DNA of 32,000 nt from Pseudomonadota bacterium (GTDB taxonomy: Bacteria > Pseudomonadota > Gammaproteobacteria > Burkholderiales > Burkholderiaceae_D). Positions within the stretch are counted from its first letter, which is position 1. Every line of letters starts with the position of its first letter. The stretch is from NCBI GenBank assembly GCA_040388275.1, contig JAZKCA010000070.1:47127-79126 (forward strand), given 5' to 3'. The notes under the pieces were generated by a model that was not told where the DNA came from, did not search any database, and saw only the letters and a list, made by a program, of their open reading frames with translations. This document shows positions 7,191-17,169 of the stretch, one piece after another. Position numbers and translations under genes: made by a program.

Positions 7191-7934
7191 ATGGACAAAC
7201 TGATCTACACGGTCGGCAGCGGCACCAAGCACATCCTGGACCAGCAGGCCACCACGGCCAACAACCTGGCCAACTTGAACACGACCGGGTTCCGGGCCCA
7301 GATCGATTCCTTCCGCGCCGTGCCAATCCTGGCCGAAGGCACGCTGCCGACCCGCGCGCTGGTGGTCAACACCGAGGCGGGCACCGACTTTTCGACCGGC
7401 CCGCTGCAAGCGACCGGGCGCGACCTGGACGTGGCGGTGCGCGGCAAGGGCTGGATCGCGCTGCAGATGCCTGACGGCAGCGAGGCGTATACCCGCCACG
7501 GCGCCTTGAAGATGAACGAAAACGGCTTGCTGCAGTCGGCCCAGGGCTTGACGGTGCAGGGCGACGGCGGACCGATTTCGATCCCGCCTGAAGTCTCGGT
7601 CGCCATCGGCGGCGACGGCACCATCTCGACCATCGCCACCACCACCAAGCCGGGCTCGCCCACGGTGCTGGGACGGCTGAAACTGGTCAACCCGCCCGAG
7701 CGGGACCTGGTGCGCGGCGACGACGGCCTGTTCCGCCTGCGCGACGGCGCGCCCGCCCCGGCCGACCCGCTGGTGTCGGTGGCCGGCGGCGCCCTTGAAG
7801 GCAGCAACGCCAGCCCGATCGACGCGATGGTGACGATGATTTCGCTGGCGCGCTCCTTCGATCTTCAGATGAGCCTGATGAAGAATGCCGAGAACAACGC
7901 GGCGAAAGCTAGCCAGATCCTCGCTTTGAGTTAA
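7191..7934 (+). CDS. flgF: Flagellar proximal rod protein FlgF
   Basis: 247 aa: MDKLIYTVGSGTKHILDQQATTANNLANLNTTGFRA... and C-terminus LEGSNASPIDAMVTMISLARSFDLQMSLMK. It lies upstream of flgG. Confidence 0.93.
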   Translation: MDKLIYTVGSGTKHILDQQATTANNLANLNTTGFRAQIDSFRAVPILAEGTLPTRALVVNTEAGTDFSTGPLQATGRDLDVAVRGKGWIALQMPDGSEAYTRHGALKMNENGLLQSAQGLTVQGDGGPISIPPEVSVAIGGDGTISTIATTTKPGSPTVLGRLKLVNPPERDLVRGDDGLFRLRDGAPAPADPLVSVAGGALEGSNASPIDAMVTMISLARSFDLQMSLMKNAENNAAKASQILALS

Positions 7935-8007
7935 GCCCCTGGCGTGCATACTGTCTTCATCGATCGGTGTATGGCGGTAATCGCGGGCACCGTAACTGGA
8001 GAAGACC

Positions 8008-8790
8008 ATGATTCGTTCCCTGTACATCGCCAAGACCGGCCTGGAAGCACAGCAGACCCAGCTTGACGTCATCACCAACAACCTGGCCAACGTCAGCACC
8101 AACGGCTTCAAGCGTTCGCGCGCGGTGTTCGAGGACTTGCTGTACCAGAACGTGCGCCAGCCGGGCGCCCAGTCTTCGCAGCAGACCAACCTGCCTTCGG
8201 GCGCGCAGATCGGTACCGGCGTACGCAGCGTGGCCATCGAACGCATCCACACCCAGGGCAATCCCCAGTCGACCGGCAACTCGAAAGACGTGATGGTCAA
8301 CGGCGCCGGCTTCTTCTCGGTGCTGCTGCCCGACGGCACCGCCGCCTACACCCGCGACGGCTCCTTCCAGAGCGATTCGAACGGCCAGCTGGTCACCTCG
8401 TCCGGCTTCGTGGTGCAGCCTGCCATTACCGTTCCCGCCAACGCGCAGTCGCTCACCATCGGGCGCGACGGCACCGTGTCGGTCACCGTGGCCGGCCAGA
8501 GCGCGCCGTCGCAGATCGGCACCTTGCAGCTGACCACCTTCATCAACCCGGCCGGCCTCGAGTCCAAGGGCGAAAACCTGTATGTGGAAACGGGCGCTTC
8601 GGGCAGCCCCAGCACCAATACGCCCGGCACCAATGGCGCCGGCGTGGTCATGCAGGGCTATGTGGAAACCTCGAACGTCAACGTGGTCGAGGAAATGGTC
8701 AACATGATCACCACCCAGCGCGCCTACGAAATCAACAGCAAGGCCATCACCACGTCCGACCAGATGCTGGCCAAGCTGTCGCAGCTGTAA
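8008..8790 (+). CDS. flgG: Flagellar distal rod protein FlgG
   Basis: 260 aa: [47 protein letters not shown]... and C-terminus [42 protein letters not shown]. Confidence 0.96.
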   Translation: MIRSLYIAKTGLEAQQTQLDVITNNLANVSTNGFKRSRAVFEDLLYQNVRQPGAQSSQQTNLPSGAQIGTGVRSVAIERIHTQGNPQSTGNSKDVMVNGAGFFSVLLPDGTAAYTRDGSFQSDSNGQLVTSSGFVVQPAITVPANAQSLTIGRDGTVSVTVAGQSAPSQIGTLQLTTFINPAGLESKGENLYVETGASGSPSTNTPGTNGAGVVMQGYVETSNVNVVEEMVNMITTQRAYEINSKAITTSDQMLAKLSQL

Positions 8791-8804
8791 TCCTGGAGCC
8801 TTTG

Positions 8805-9458
8805 ATGAAAACCCTTATGTCCGCCCTGGTCCTGCTGGCGCTGCTTGGCTGCTCGGCCACCCCCAGCTCGATCGTGCAAAAGCCGACCAGCGCGCGCCCG
8901 CTGTACACCGAGCCGCCGGTCGCCCAAAACGGCGCGATCTACCAGGCCGCCCACTACCGGCCCCTGTTCGAAGACCGGCGCGCGCGCCACATCGGCGACA
9001 TGCTGACCATTGCCATCGTCGAGAAAACCTCGGCCGACAAGACCGGCGCCAGTTCGGGCAACAAGAACGGCACGGCCAGCTTCGGGCTGCCGGGCGCGAA
9101 GGCGATCCGCAAGGTGTTTGGCAATACCGTCTCGACCGATGCGTCCACCGAATTCTCCGACGGCGACAAGCAGAGCGCCAGCAATACTTTCACCGGCACC
9201 ATCACGGTCACCGTGACCGAGGTGCTGTCGAACGGCAACCTGATCGTGGCCGGCGAAAAGCAGGTCGCGCTGAACAAGGGCGTCGAGTTCGTGCGTTTCT
9301 CGGGCATGGTCAGTCCGGACAATATCGGCGCGGGCAATACCGTCGCCTCGTCCTCGGTGGCCGACGCGCGCGTCGAATACCGTACCAACAGCCAGATCGA
9401 CCGCGCTGAAATGACGGCCATGGTGTCGCGTTTCTTCCAGTCGCTGATTCCTTTCTGA
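8805..9458 (+). CDS. flgH: Flagellar L-ring lipoprotein FlgH
   Basis: Lipobox LALLGC|S. Conserved motifs are LFEDRRARHIGDMLTIAIVE and NGNLIVAGEKQVALNKGVEFVRFSGMV. The ATG at 8805 has GGAG 6 nt upstream. The track start at 8802 is a TTG one codon earlier. Confidence 0.93.
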   Translation: MKTLMSALVLLALLGCSATPSSIVQKPTSARPLYTEPPVAQNGAIYQAAHYRPLFEDRRARHIGDMLTIAIVEKTSADKTGASSGNKNGTASFGLPGAKAIRKVFGNTVSTDASTEFSDGDKQSASNTFTGTITVTVTEVLSNGNLIVAGEKQVALNKGVEFVRFSGMVSPDNIGAGNTVASSSVADARVEYRTNSQIDRAEMTAMVSRFFQSLIPF

Positions 9459-10582
9459 TGGGAACGACCATGCGCCGCTGCTTCCACCTGTCTTTCGCCT
9501 GTGCGCTGTGCCTGGCGATCCTGGCCCCGCAATTGGTGATGGCCGAACGTCTCAAGGACCTGGCCTCGATCGCCGGCGTGCGCCAGAATCAATTGTCCGG
9601 CTACGGCATCGTGGTGGGCCTGGACGGTAGCGGCGACCAGACCACCCAGACCCCGTTCACCGTGCAATCGATCGTCTCGATGCTGCAGGCCAAGGGCGTG
9701 AACATGCCCCGCGGCACCAGCTTGCAACTGAAGAACGTGGCCGCGGTCATGGTCACGGCCTCGCTGCCAGCGTTTGCCCAGCCAGGCCAGACCATCGACA
9801 TCACCGTCTCGTCGATCGGCAATGCCAAGAGCCTGCGCGGCGGCACCCTGGTGATGACGCCGCTGCAAGGCGCCGACAACCAGGTCTACGCCATGGCCCA
9901 GGGCAATGTGCTGGTGGGCGGCGTGGGCGCGGCGTCCGGCGGGTCCCAGGTCCAGGTCAACCATTTAAGCGTGGGCAAAATCCCGGCCGGCGCCACCGTC
10001 GAGCGCGCGGTCGCGTCCAGCCTGGGCGAGAACAACCAGATCCGGCTTGAACTGAACAGCACCGACTTCGCCACCGCCAGCCGCGTGGTCGAGGCGGTCA
10101 ACAACCATTTCGGCGCCGGCATCGCCACCGCCCTCGACGGGCGCGTGATCCGGGTCCGCTCGCCATCCTCGTCCGACCAGCGGGTCGCCTTCATCGGCAT
10201 CCTCGAATCGCTGGAAGTGGACCGCGCGCGCCAGGCGGCCAAGGTGATCATGAATGCGCGCACCGGCTCGGTGGTGATGAACCAGAGCGTCACGCTGGAC
10301 AGCTGCGCCATTTCGCACGGCAACCTGTCGGTGACGATAGGGGGCGAGCCGGACGTGTCGCAGCCGGGCCCGTACTCGGGCGGCCAGACCGTGGTCACCC
10401 AGAAGTCGTCGGTGGAAATCAAGAAGGATCCGGGCAAGGTGGTGCTGGTCAAGGGCGGCGCCTCGCTGGCCGAGGTGGTCAAGGCGATGAATGCGATCGG
10501 CGCCTCGCCGCAGGACCTGCTGTCGATCTTGCAAGCGCTCAAAGCGGCCGGTTCCTTGCACGCCGACCTAGAAATCATCTAA
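9458..10582 (+). CDS. flgI: Flagellar P-ring protein FlgI
   Basis: The signal peptide ends ...LVMA|ERLKDLASIAGVRQNQLSGYGIVVGLDGSGD, and the C-terminus is ...IGASPQDLLSILQALKAAGSLHADLEII. The ATG at 9458 overlaps the flgH stop (TGATG). An alternative ATG lies at 9470. Confidence 0.92.
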   Translation: MGTTMRRCFHLSFACALCLAILAPQLVMAERLKDLASIAGVRQNQLSGYGIVVGLDGSGDQTTQTPFTVQSIVSMLQAKGVNMPRGTSLQLKNVAAVMVTASLPAFAQPGQTIDITVSSIGNAKSLRGGTLVMTPLQGADNQVYAMAQGNVLVGGVGAASGGSQVQVNHLSVGKIPAGATVERAVASSLGENNQIRLELNSTDFATASRVVEAVNNHFGAGIATALDGRVIRVRSPSSSDQRVAFIGILESLEVDRARQAAKVIMNARTGSVVMNQSVTLDSCAISHGNLSVTIGGEPDVSQPGPYSGGQTVVTQKSSVEIKKDPGKVVLVKGGASLAEVVKAMNAIGASPQDLLSILQALKAAGSLHADLEII

Positions 10583-10592
10583 GGACAATCCC

Positions 10593-11492
10593 ATGATCGG
10601 CCCAGCGAACGACTTATCGACCAAGCTTGCCTTCGATGCCAAGGGCATGAGTGAGCTGAAACAGTCGGCGCGGGCCGGCTCCCCGGACGCGCTGAAAGGC
10701 GCGGCGACCCAGTTCGAAGCGATGTTCATCAATATGATGATGAAAAGCATGCGCGACGCCAGCCCCAGCGAGGGCGGGCTGGACGACAACCAGCAGCACA
10801 AGATGTTTACCTCGATGCTGGACCAGCAGCGCAGCCAGGACATGGCCAAGAAGGGCATCGGCCTGGCCGACATGCTGATCCGCCAGTTGTCGTCGCAGGC
10901 GGCCAGTGCGCAGGCGCTGGCGATCGGCGCCGAGCCGGGCGCGGCGCCGGCCCTGCCGTCGCCGCTGCGGATGATGGGCATGCCAGCCACGCCGGCGGTG
11001 CCGGACGGCGTGCCCGGTCCGGCCAGGACCCAGGCGCCGCATGTGCGCGCGTTCCAGGAAAAACTGGCCAGCCACGCCGCCGAGGCCGAACGCAGCACCG
11101 GTATCCCCGCCAAGTTCATGCTCGGCCAGGCCGCGCTGGAAACCGGCTGGGGCAAGCGCGAGATCCGCAACGCCGACGGCAGTTCCAGCCACAACCTGTT
11201 CGGCATCAAGGCCGGACCTGGCTGGAAAGGCAAGGTTGCCACCGCCACCACGACCGAATACGTGAACGGCGTGCCGCAGACCCGGGTCGAGCGATTTCGT
11301 GCGTACGATACGCCAGCCGACAGCTTTAAGGACTATGCTAAGTTAATTACGAACAACCCACGCTACGACAAGGTGCTGGCCAATGCCAAGGATGCCAGCG
11401 GTTTCGCGCACGGCTTGCAAAAGGCGGGCTACGCCACCGATCCGCTGTATGCGGCCAAGCTGACCCGCATCATCCAGCGCAACCTGGCCTAG
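10593..11492 (+). CDS. flgJ: Rod-cap / peptidoglycan hydrolase FlgJ (rod-binding N-domain + glucosaminidase C-domain)
   Basis: The N-terminal part carries AATQFEAMFINMMMKSMR. The C-terminal part carries FMLGQAALETGWGK...SHNLFGIKAG..W.G...TTEY, typical of the FlgJ muramidase domain. AAGGA RBS. Confidence 0.92.
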   Translation: MIGPANDLSTKLAFDAKGMSELKQSARAGSPDALKGAATQFEAMFINMMMKSMRDASPSEGGLDDNQQHKMFTSMLDQQRSQDMAKKGIGLADMLIRQLSSQAASAQALAIGAEPGAAPALPSPLRMMGMPATPAVPDGVPGPARTQAPHVRAFQEKLASHAAEAERSTGIPAKFMLGQAALETGWGKREIRNADGSSSHNLFGIKAGPGWKGKVATATTTEYVNGVPQTRVERFRAYDTPADSFKDYAKLITNNPRYDKVLANAKDASGFAHGLQKAGYATDPLYAAKLTRIIQRNLA

Positions 11493-11537
11493 TCGTTCAG
11501 CTTTCATGCAGTCGTAGCAATGTTTCTCAGGTGAAAG

Positions 11538-11564
11538 TCAAGTTTCCGGATTTTCTGCCGTAGA
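11538..11564 (+). promoter_or_regulatory. Sigma28 (FliA) type promoter for flgKL
   Basis: TCAAGTTT-ccggattttct-GCCGTAGA against the consensus TAAAGTTT-N11-GCCGATAA: 7/8 and 6/8 matches with an exact 11-nt spacer. The -10 ends 32 nt before the flgK ATG, in the flgJ-flgK gap. Confidence 0.7.
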
Positions 11565-11595
11565 CAGGGATATACCAAAGAAAGTACCCCATATC

Positions 11596-13557
11596 ATGGC
11601 GAACCTCCTCAATATCGGCAAGACGGGCCTGTTTGCAGCGCAAGCTGGACTGGCAACCACGGGCCACAATATCGCCAACGCGAATGTGGCTGGCTTTAGC
11701 CGTCAGCAAGTCATCCAGGGCACCGGCGCCGGGCAGAACACGGGCAGCGGCTTCATGGGTAGCGGCACCACGGTGACCGACATCAAGCGCTATTCCGACA
11801 CTTTTCTGACCAACCAGGTGCGCACGGCGACCTCGGCCAACAGTTCGCTGAGCGCCTTCAACGCCCAGATCAGCCAGGTCGACAACTTGCTGGCCGACCC
11901 CTTGTCGGGCCTGTCGCCGGCGCTGCAGGACTTTTTCAAGGGCGTCCAGGACGTCGCCGCGAATCCCGGTTCGACCGCTTCGCGCCAGGCCATGCTCTCG
12001 AGCGCCAATTCGCTGACCTCGCGTTTCCAGGGCATCAACGGACGCTTGCAGGAAATCCGCGACGGCGTGAACGGCGAAATTGGCGCCAAGGTCACCCTGA
12101 TCAATTCCTATGGCGACCAGATCGCCGCGCTCAACGAGCAGATCGCCGGCGCCAGCACCGCGGGCGGGCAAATGCCGAACGACCTGCTCGACGCGCGCGA
12201 CCAGCTGGTGCTCGAATTGAACAAGCAGATCAAGACCAGTGTCGTGGCCGGTGAAAACAATAGCGTGACCGTGTCGATCGGCAATGGCCAGCCGCTGGTG
12301 GTGGGCAAGCGTTCCTTCGACCTGGCCGCCGTCAGTTCGCCGACCGACCCGACCCGCATGGAAGTGGCGTATATGACAGGCGGCAAGCCGATGATCATGG
12401 CCGAGTCGTCGCTGAGCGGCGGCGAGCTGGGCGGCCTGTTCGAATTCCGCGCGACCAGCCTGGACCGTGCACAAAATTCGCTGGGCCGGATCGCCATCAA
12501 TATGGCCGACGCCTTCAACGACCAGCACCAGCTCGGCGTGGACGCCAGCGGCCAGCCGGGCGCCGCCTTCTTCACCATGGGCGCGCCCCAGGTCTCGGCC
12601 AGCCGCGACAACAGCGCGGCCGGCACCGGCGTCGTAGGCGCGACCATCAGCGACCCGAAGGCGCTCACGCAAAGCGATTACAAGGTCGGCTTTGACGGCA
12701 GCAATTACAGCGTCACGCGCCTGTCCGACAACCAGGTCACCACCATCAATCCGTATCCGCAGACGGTGCCGCAGACCATCGACGGCGTCGATTTCGCGGT
12801 CTCCGGCACGGCCGTCGCTGGCGACAGCTTCGTGGTGCGCCCGACCATCAATGGCGCGGCCCAGATGAATGTGGCAGTGACCGACCGCAACAGGATCGCG
12901 GCCGGCGCGCCCATCGTCACGGCCACCCCGATCACCAACACCGGCAGCGGCACCATCAGCGCGGGCAGCGTCAACGCCGCCTACCTGACGCCGGGCAATG
13001 CCCTGGTCGCGCCGCTGACGCTCACGTACGACACGGCCACCAGCGGCCTGACCGGCTTTCCCGCGGGCCAGGCGGTGACCAGCACCCTCAATGGCGTGGC
13101 CACGGTCTACCCGGCCGGCACCACCCCGATTCCGTTCACGGCAGGGGCCAGCTACGCCTTTGGCGGCGTGGAAGTCACGCTGGCCGGCGTGCCGGGCAAC
13201 GGCGACAAGTTCACCATTGGCCCGAACGCGAGCGGCGTGGGCGACAACCGCAACATGGCCCTGTTGGGCAAGCTGCAGACCGACGGCTTGCTTGACGGCG
13301 GCAAGTCGAGCCTGCAAACCTCGTACGCCGAGCTGGTCAGTTTTATCGGCAACAAGACGCGCGAAGTGCAGGTCAACGGCCAGGCCAGCGAAGCCCTGCT
13401 GAGCCAGGCGACCGACGCCCAGCAAAGCGTGGTCGGCGTCAACCTCGACGAAGAGGCCGCCAACCTGCTGCGCTACCAGCAAGCCTACCAGGCCGCCGGC
13501 AAGGTCATGCAAATTGCCAGTACGCTGTTCGACACCTTGCTGTCGCTCGGTCGCTAA
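11596..13557 (+). CDS. flgK: Hook-filament junction protein FlgK (HAP1), 653 aa
   Basis: N-terminus MANLLNIGKTGLFAAQAGLATTGHNIANANVAGFSRQ and C-terminus GVNLDEEAANLLRYQQAYQAAGKVMQIASTLFDTLLSL. Confidence 0.93.
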   Translation: MANLLNIGKTGLFAAQAGLATTGHNIANANVAGFSRQQVIQGTGAGQNTGSGFMGSGTTVTDIKRYSDTFLTNQVRTATSANSSLSAFNAQISQVDNLLADPLSGLSPALQDFFKGVQDVAANPGSTASRQAMLSSANSLTSRFQGINGRLQEIRDGVNGEIGAKVTLINSYGDQIAALNEQIAGASTAGGQMPNDLLDARDQLVLELNKQIKTSVVAGENNSVTVSIGNGQPLVVGKRSFDLAAVSSPTDPTRMEVAYMTGGKPMIMAESSLSGGELGGLFEFRATSLDRAQNSLGRIAINMADAFNDQHQLGVDASGQPGAAFFTMGAPQVSASRDNSAAGTGVVGATISDPKALTQSDYKVGFDGSNYSVTRLSDNQVTTINPYPQTVPQTIDGVDFAVSGTAVAGDSFVVRPTINGAAQMNVAVTDRNRIAAGAPIVTATPITNTGSGTISAGSVNAAYLTPGNALVAPLTLTYDTATSGLTGFPAGQAVTSTLNGVATVYPAGTTPIPFTAGASYAFGGVEVTLAGVPGNGDKFTIGPNASGVGDNRNMALLGKLQTDGLLDGGKSSLQTSYAELVSFIGNKTREVQVNGQASEALLSQATDAQQSVVGVNLDEEAANLLRYQQAYQAAGKVMQIASTLFDTLLSLGR

Positions 13558-13574
13558 CTTTACGGGATAACATC

Positions 13575-14792
13575 ATGCGTATCAGCACCAATTCCATGTA
13601 TGCCGCCGGCTCCAGCCAGCTCAACACTTTGCAAAGCAATATCGCAAAGACCCAGATGCAGCTGTCGACCAACCGCCGCATGCTCTCGGCCGCCGACGAC
13701 CCGATCGCCTCGGCGCGCGCGCTCGAAGTGACGCAGTCGCAATCGGTCAACGCCCAGTACGCGGTGAACCGCCAGAACGCGCGCAGCTCGCTGACGATGG
13801 TCGAGCAGTCGCTCGGTAACGTCACCAAGACCATCCAGGATGTGCAGGAGCTGGTGGTGCGCGCCGGCAGCGGCGCGCTCTCGCCCGCCGACCGCGTCAC
13901 GCTGGCCAATGAAGCGCAGGGCCACCTCGAGACCATGATGGGGCAGGCCAACGCCAGCGACAGCGAAGGCTATCTGTTTGCCGGCTTCAAATCGAAGACC
14001 GCGCCTTTCGTGCAGACCGCGACCGGCGCCCAGTACCTGGGCGACCAGGGCGAACGCAAGTTGCAGGTGGCGTCGGCCCGCAATTTTTCGATCAGCACGC
14101 CGGGCAGCGCCGTGTTCGAAAACAATATGACCGGCAACGGGACCTTCGTCACCAGCGCCACCACGACCAACAACGGCAGCGGGGTCGTCTCGGGCGGCGC
14201 GGTGGCCAATCCGGCCGCGGTCACCGGCCACGATTACGACATCACCTTTTCCGGCGTGGCGCCGACCAGCACCTTCACCGTGCTCGACAAGGTCACCAAT
14301 TTGCCGCCGCCAGGCTTGGTCGGTCCGCAGCCCTTCGTCAGCGGCCAGCAAATTGCGTTTGACGGCATCACGCTCGATATCCGCGGCGCCCCGCTCAACG
14401 GCGACAGCTTCGCGATCGACCCGTCCGAACGGCAATCGGTGTTTACCACCCTGACCGACCTGATCGCCACCTTGCGCGCGCCGCCCAACGGCGAGCCGGG
14501 CAAGGTCGCCATGACCAACGGGCTGGCCAAGGCCAGCAGCAATATGGCGTCGGCACTCGACAATGTGCTGAGCGAACAGGCGTCGGCCGGCGCCAAGCTC
14601 AAGGAGCTGGACGAACTCGACAGCACCGGGGAAGACTTGAACATCCAATATGCGGACACCCTGTCGAAGCTGCAAGACCTGGACCTGGTGGCCACGATCT
14701 CGAAATTCACGCAGCAGCAGTTCACGCTGGAAGCGGCGCAAAAGTCCTTCAAGTCCTTGTCGGGCCTGTCGCTGTTCAACTACATCGGCTAA
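13575..14792 (+). CDS. flgL: Hook-filament junction protein FlgL (HAP3), 405 aa
   Basis: Flagellin-like N-terminus MRISTNSMYAAGSSQLNTLQSNIAKTQMQLSTNRRMLSAADDP. The C-terminus is LQDLDLVATISKFTQQQFTLEAAQKSF. It follows flgK. Confidence 0.9.
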   Translation: MRISTNSMYAAGSSQLNTLQSNIAKTQMQLSTNRRMLSAADDPIASARALEVTQSQSVNAQYAVNRQNARSSLTMVEQSLGNVTKTIQDVQELVVRAGSGALSPADRVTLANEAQGHLETMMGQANASDSEGYLFAGFKSKTAPFVQTATGAQYLGDQGERKLQVASARNFSISTPGSAVFENNMTGNGTFVTSATTTNNGSGVVSGGAVANPAAVTGHDYDITFSGVAPTSTFTVLDKVTNLPPPGLVGPQPFVSGQQIAFDGITLDIRGAPLNGDSFAIDPSERQSVFTTLTDLIATLRAPPNGEPGKVAMTNGLAKASSNMASALDNVLSEQASAGAKLKELDELDSTGEDLNIQYADTLSKLQDLDLVATISKFTQQQFTLEAAQKSFKSLSGLSLFNYIG

Positions 14793-15607
14793 GGCGGCGC
14801 CGCTGGCGTCAGCGGCGCGGTGCGCGCCGCGGCGCTGCGCGGGATGCTGCGGGACGCCTCGATTCCCTGGTTAAACAGGTTCTGGAACGGCATGCCCAGA
14901 TAGGGCAGGGTCTGGCTGATGACCAGCAAGCCCACGCCGAGCGAGACCGGGAAGCCGATCCCGAAGATATTGAGCTGCGGCGCTGCGCGCGTCAAAATCC
15001 CCAAAGCAATATTGGTAATGAGCAGTGCCGCCAGGATCGGCAGGGCCAGCTGCAGGCCGGCGCTGAAGATGGTCGCGCCCCAGCGCACCATCTGGTAGGG
15101 CGCGTTGGCCGAGATCGGCGTGGCTGAAATCGGCAGGCTGATGAAGCTGTCGGCCAGCGCTTCGATCAGGATCAGGTGCCCGTTGACCGAGAGGAAGGCC
15201 ATGGTGGCGATCAGGGCCAGGAACTGGCTGACCGCCGACGAACGGCCCTTGGTCTGCGGATCGAACACGCTGGCGAAACCGAGGCCCATGGTCAGGCTGG
15301 CCACTTCGCCGGCCATTTCGACGGCCGCGAACACGATGCGCATCGAAAACCCCATGGCCACGCCGATCAGCATTTCCTGCAGCAGGATCAGCACGCCCGC
15401 CAGCGACAGCGGATCGAGCGCCGGCCCGGCCGGGATGGCCGGCGCCATGATCATGGCCAGCATCACGCCCAGCAGCACCTTGCCGGTCCTGGGAAAGCTG
15501 CCGTTGCCGAACAGGGGGGCGGAAGTGATCAGGCCGAGGATGCGCGACAGTGGCCACAAGAGCGCTGCGATCCAGGTGTGCATTTCGCCGCTGGTCAGGG
15601 TCAGCAT
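14789..15607 (-). CDS. fliR: Flagellar export-gate protein FliR
   Basis: 272 aa polytopic membrane protein (…WIAALLWPLSRILGLITSAPLFG…), upstream-to-downstream order fliP-fliQ-fliR. Its stop codon overlaps the flgL stop codon. Confidence 0.92.
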   Translation of the reverse strand: MLTLTSGEMHTWIAALLWPLSRILGLITSAPLFGNGSFPRTGKVLLGVMLAMIMAPAIPAGPALDPLSLAGVLILLQEMLIGVAMGFSMRIVFAAVEMAGEVASLTMGLGFASVFDPQTKGRSSAVSQFLALIATMAFLSVNGHLILIEALADSFISLPISATPISANAPYQMVRWGATIFSAGLQLALPILAALLITNIALGILTRAAPQLNIFGIGFPVSLGVGLLVISQTLPYLGMPFQNLFNQGIEASRSIPRSAAARTAPLTPAAPP

Positions 15608-15620
15608 GGCGCCGGCAATC

Positions 15621-15890
15621 TCAACCGATCAGGCCGGGAATGCCGGTAAACACCTGGCGCATATAGTCGAGCATGACCGCCAGCATCCACGGCCCGGCCA
15701 CCACCAGCGCGACAAAAATGCCGACCAGCTTGGGGATGAAGGACAGGGTCGCTTCATTGATCTGGGTGGCGGCCTGGAAAATACTGACGATCAGGCCGAT
15801 GATCAGCGCCACCAGCAGCATGGGCGCGGCCACCATCAGGCACACTTCCATGGCCGTGCGGCCCAGGGTCATCACGCTTTCGGGAGTCAT
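15621..15890 (-). CDS. fliQ: Flagellar export-gate protein FliQ
   Basis: 89 aa: MTPESVMTLGRTAMEVCLMVAAPMLLVALIIGLIVSIFQAATQINEATLSFIPKL... Confidence 0.95.
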   Translation of the reverse strand: MTPESVMTLGRTAMEVCLMVAAPMLLVALIIGLIVSIFQAATQINEATLSFIPKLVGIFVALVVAGPWMLAVMLDYMRQVFTGIPGLIG

Positions 15891-15899
15891 GCGGCGTCC

Positions 15900-16652
15900 C
15901 TAATAAAAGCTTTGCGAGAGCGAGCCGAGGATCAGCTGCCAGCCGTCGACCAGCACGAACAGCATCAGCTTGAACGGCAGCGAAATGACGGCCGGCGACA
16001 TCATCATCATCCCCATCGACATGAGCACGCTGGCCACCACCATGTCGATGATCAGGAAGGGAATGAAGATGGCAAAGCCGATCTGGAACGCGGTTTTCAG
16101 TTCGCTGGTGACGAAGGCGGGAATGAGCACGCGCAGCGGAATATCCTCCGGTCCCTGCAGCGCCGGGCTGCGCGAGAGCTTGACGAACAGGGCCAGGTCG
16201 CCCTGGCGGGTCTGGCGCGTCATGAAGTCCTTGAGGGGAGCGATGCCCTTGTCCATGGCTTCGCTCATCTGGATCTTGTTTTCCTGCAGCGGCTGGTAAG
16301 CGTCGACATAGATCTTGTCGAACACCGGGCCCATCACGAACAGCGTGAGGAACAGCGCCAGTCCGACCAGCACCTGGTTGGGCGGCGACGATTGCGCGCC
16401 CAGCGCCTGGCGCAGCAGCGACAGCACGATGATGATGCGGGTAAAGCTGGTCATCATCAAGAGCGCCGCCGGCAAAAAGGACAGCGAGGTCATCAACAGC
16501 AGGGTCTGGACCGGCAGCGAATACGCGGTGCCCCCGCCCGGCGCCGGGGCGCTGGTAAAGGCCGGGATGCCGGGCGCGGCGAAGCAGGCCAGCGGCGCCA
16601 GCAAGGCGGCAAGCAGCAGGGCGCGGCGCGGGGTGATCAGTTTATTTGGCAT
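15900..16652 (-). CDS. fliP: Flagellar export-gate protein FliP
   Basis: 250 aa with a signal peptide plus the conserved [35 protein letters not shown] and [22 protein letters not shown] motifs. Confidence 0.95.
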   Translation of the reverse strand: MPNKLITPRRALLLAALLAPLACFAAPGIPAFTSAPAPGGGTAYSLPVQTLLLMTSLSFLPAALLMMTSFTRIIIVLSLLRQALGAQSSPPNQVLVGLALFLTLFVMGPVFDKIYVDAYQPLQENKIQMSEAMDKGIAPLKDFMTRQTRQGDLALFVKLSRSPALQGPEDIPLRVLIPAFVTSELKTAFQIGFAIFIPFLIIDMVVASVLMSMGMMMMSPAVISLPFKLMLFVLVDGWQLILGSLSQSFY

Positions 16653-17169
16653 TGCGCTGGTCGATCGTCTGTTTCAGCCAGGCGGCAAACGAGCCGGCTG
16701 CGGGAAAGTCGGGGTGCGCGGCCGCGGCCGTGACGGGTGCGCCTTCGGGGCGCGGCAGCGTCGCCAGCGCGTTGACGCGGCCGGGCGAAGCGCCCACCAC
16801 GATCCACTGGTCGCCCACTTCGAGCACCATGATGCGTTCGCGTCCACCGAGGTTGAGCGCGCCGACGATGCGCAGCACGCCGGCGCCGGGGCCGCCGCGC
16901 GGGCCGAAGCGCTTCATCAGCCAGGCCAGTCCGGCCAGCAGGCCGAGCACCAGGGTCAGCGCGAAAATGGTTTGCAGCAGGCCGCCGGGCGAGGGCGCGC
17001 CGGGGATGGGCTGCGCCGCCGGCACTGGCGTGGCCGGCCTGCCTTGCAGGACCGGCGCGGCGGGCGCGCTGGCGACAGGGGCGGGCGATGAGGCGACGGC
17101 TTGCGCGTGGGCGCAGGCCGCAGCGAGCGCGCACACCAGCAGCAGGGCGGAAAGCCAGCGCCCCATCAT
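16642..17169 (-). CDS. fliO: Flagellar export protein FliO (extended Ala/Pro-rich N-region)
   Basis: 175 aa with a single TM segment ([25 protein letters not shown]) followed by [24 protein letters not shown], typical of FliO. It sits between fliN and fliP, overlapping fliP by 11 nt and fliN by 4 nt. Confidence 0.82.
   Translation of the reverse strand: MMGRWLSALLLVCALAAACAHAQAVASSPAPVASAPAAPVLQGRPATPVPAAQPIPGAPSPGGLLQTIFALTLVLGLLAGLAWLMKRFGPRGGPGAGVLRIVGALNLGGRERIMVLEVGDQWIVVGASPGRVNALATLPRPEGAPVTAAAAHPDFPAAGSFAAWLKQTIDQRNAK

Noticed and set aside
11527-13512. 661-aa minus-strand ORF
   Set aside because: It is antisense to flgK, with the same high-GC shadow-ORF composition and no RBS or motif support.
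14797-14818. GC-rich hairpin at the flgL/fliR junction as a bidirectional terminator
   Set aside because: The 8-bp stem lies inside the fliR coding sequence and has no T- or A-tracts on either side. There is not enough evidence to call it a terminator.
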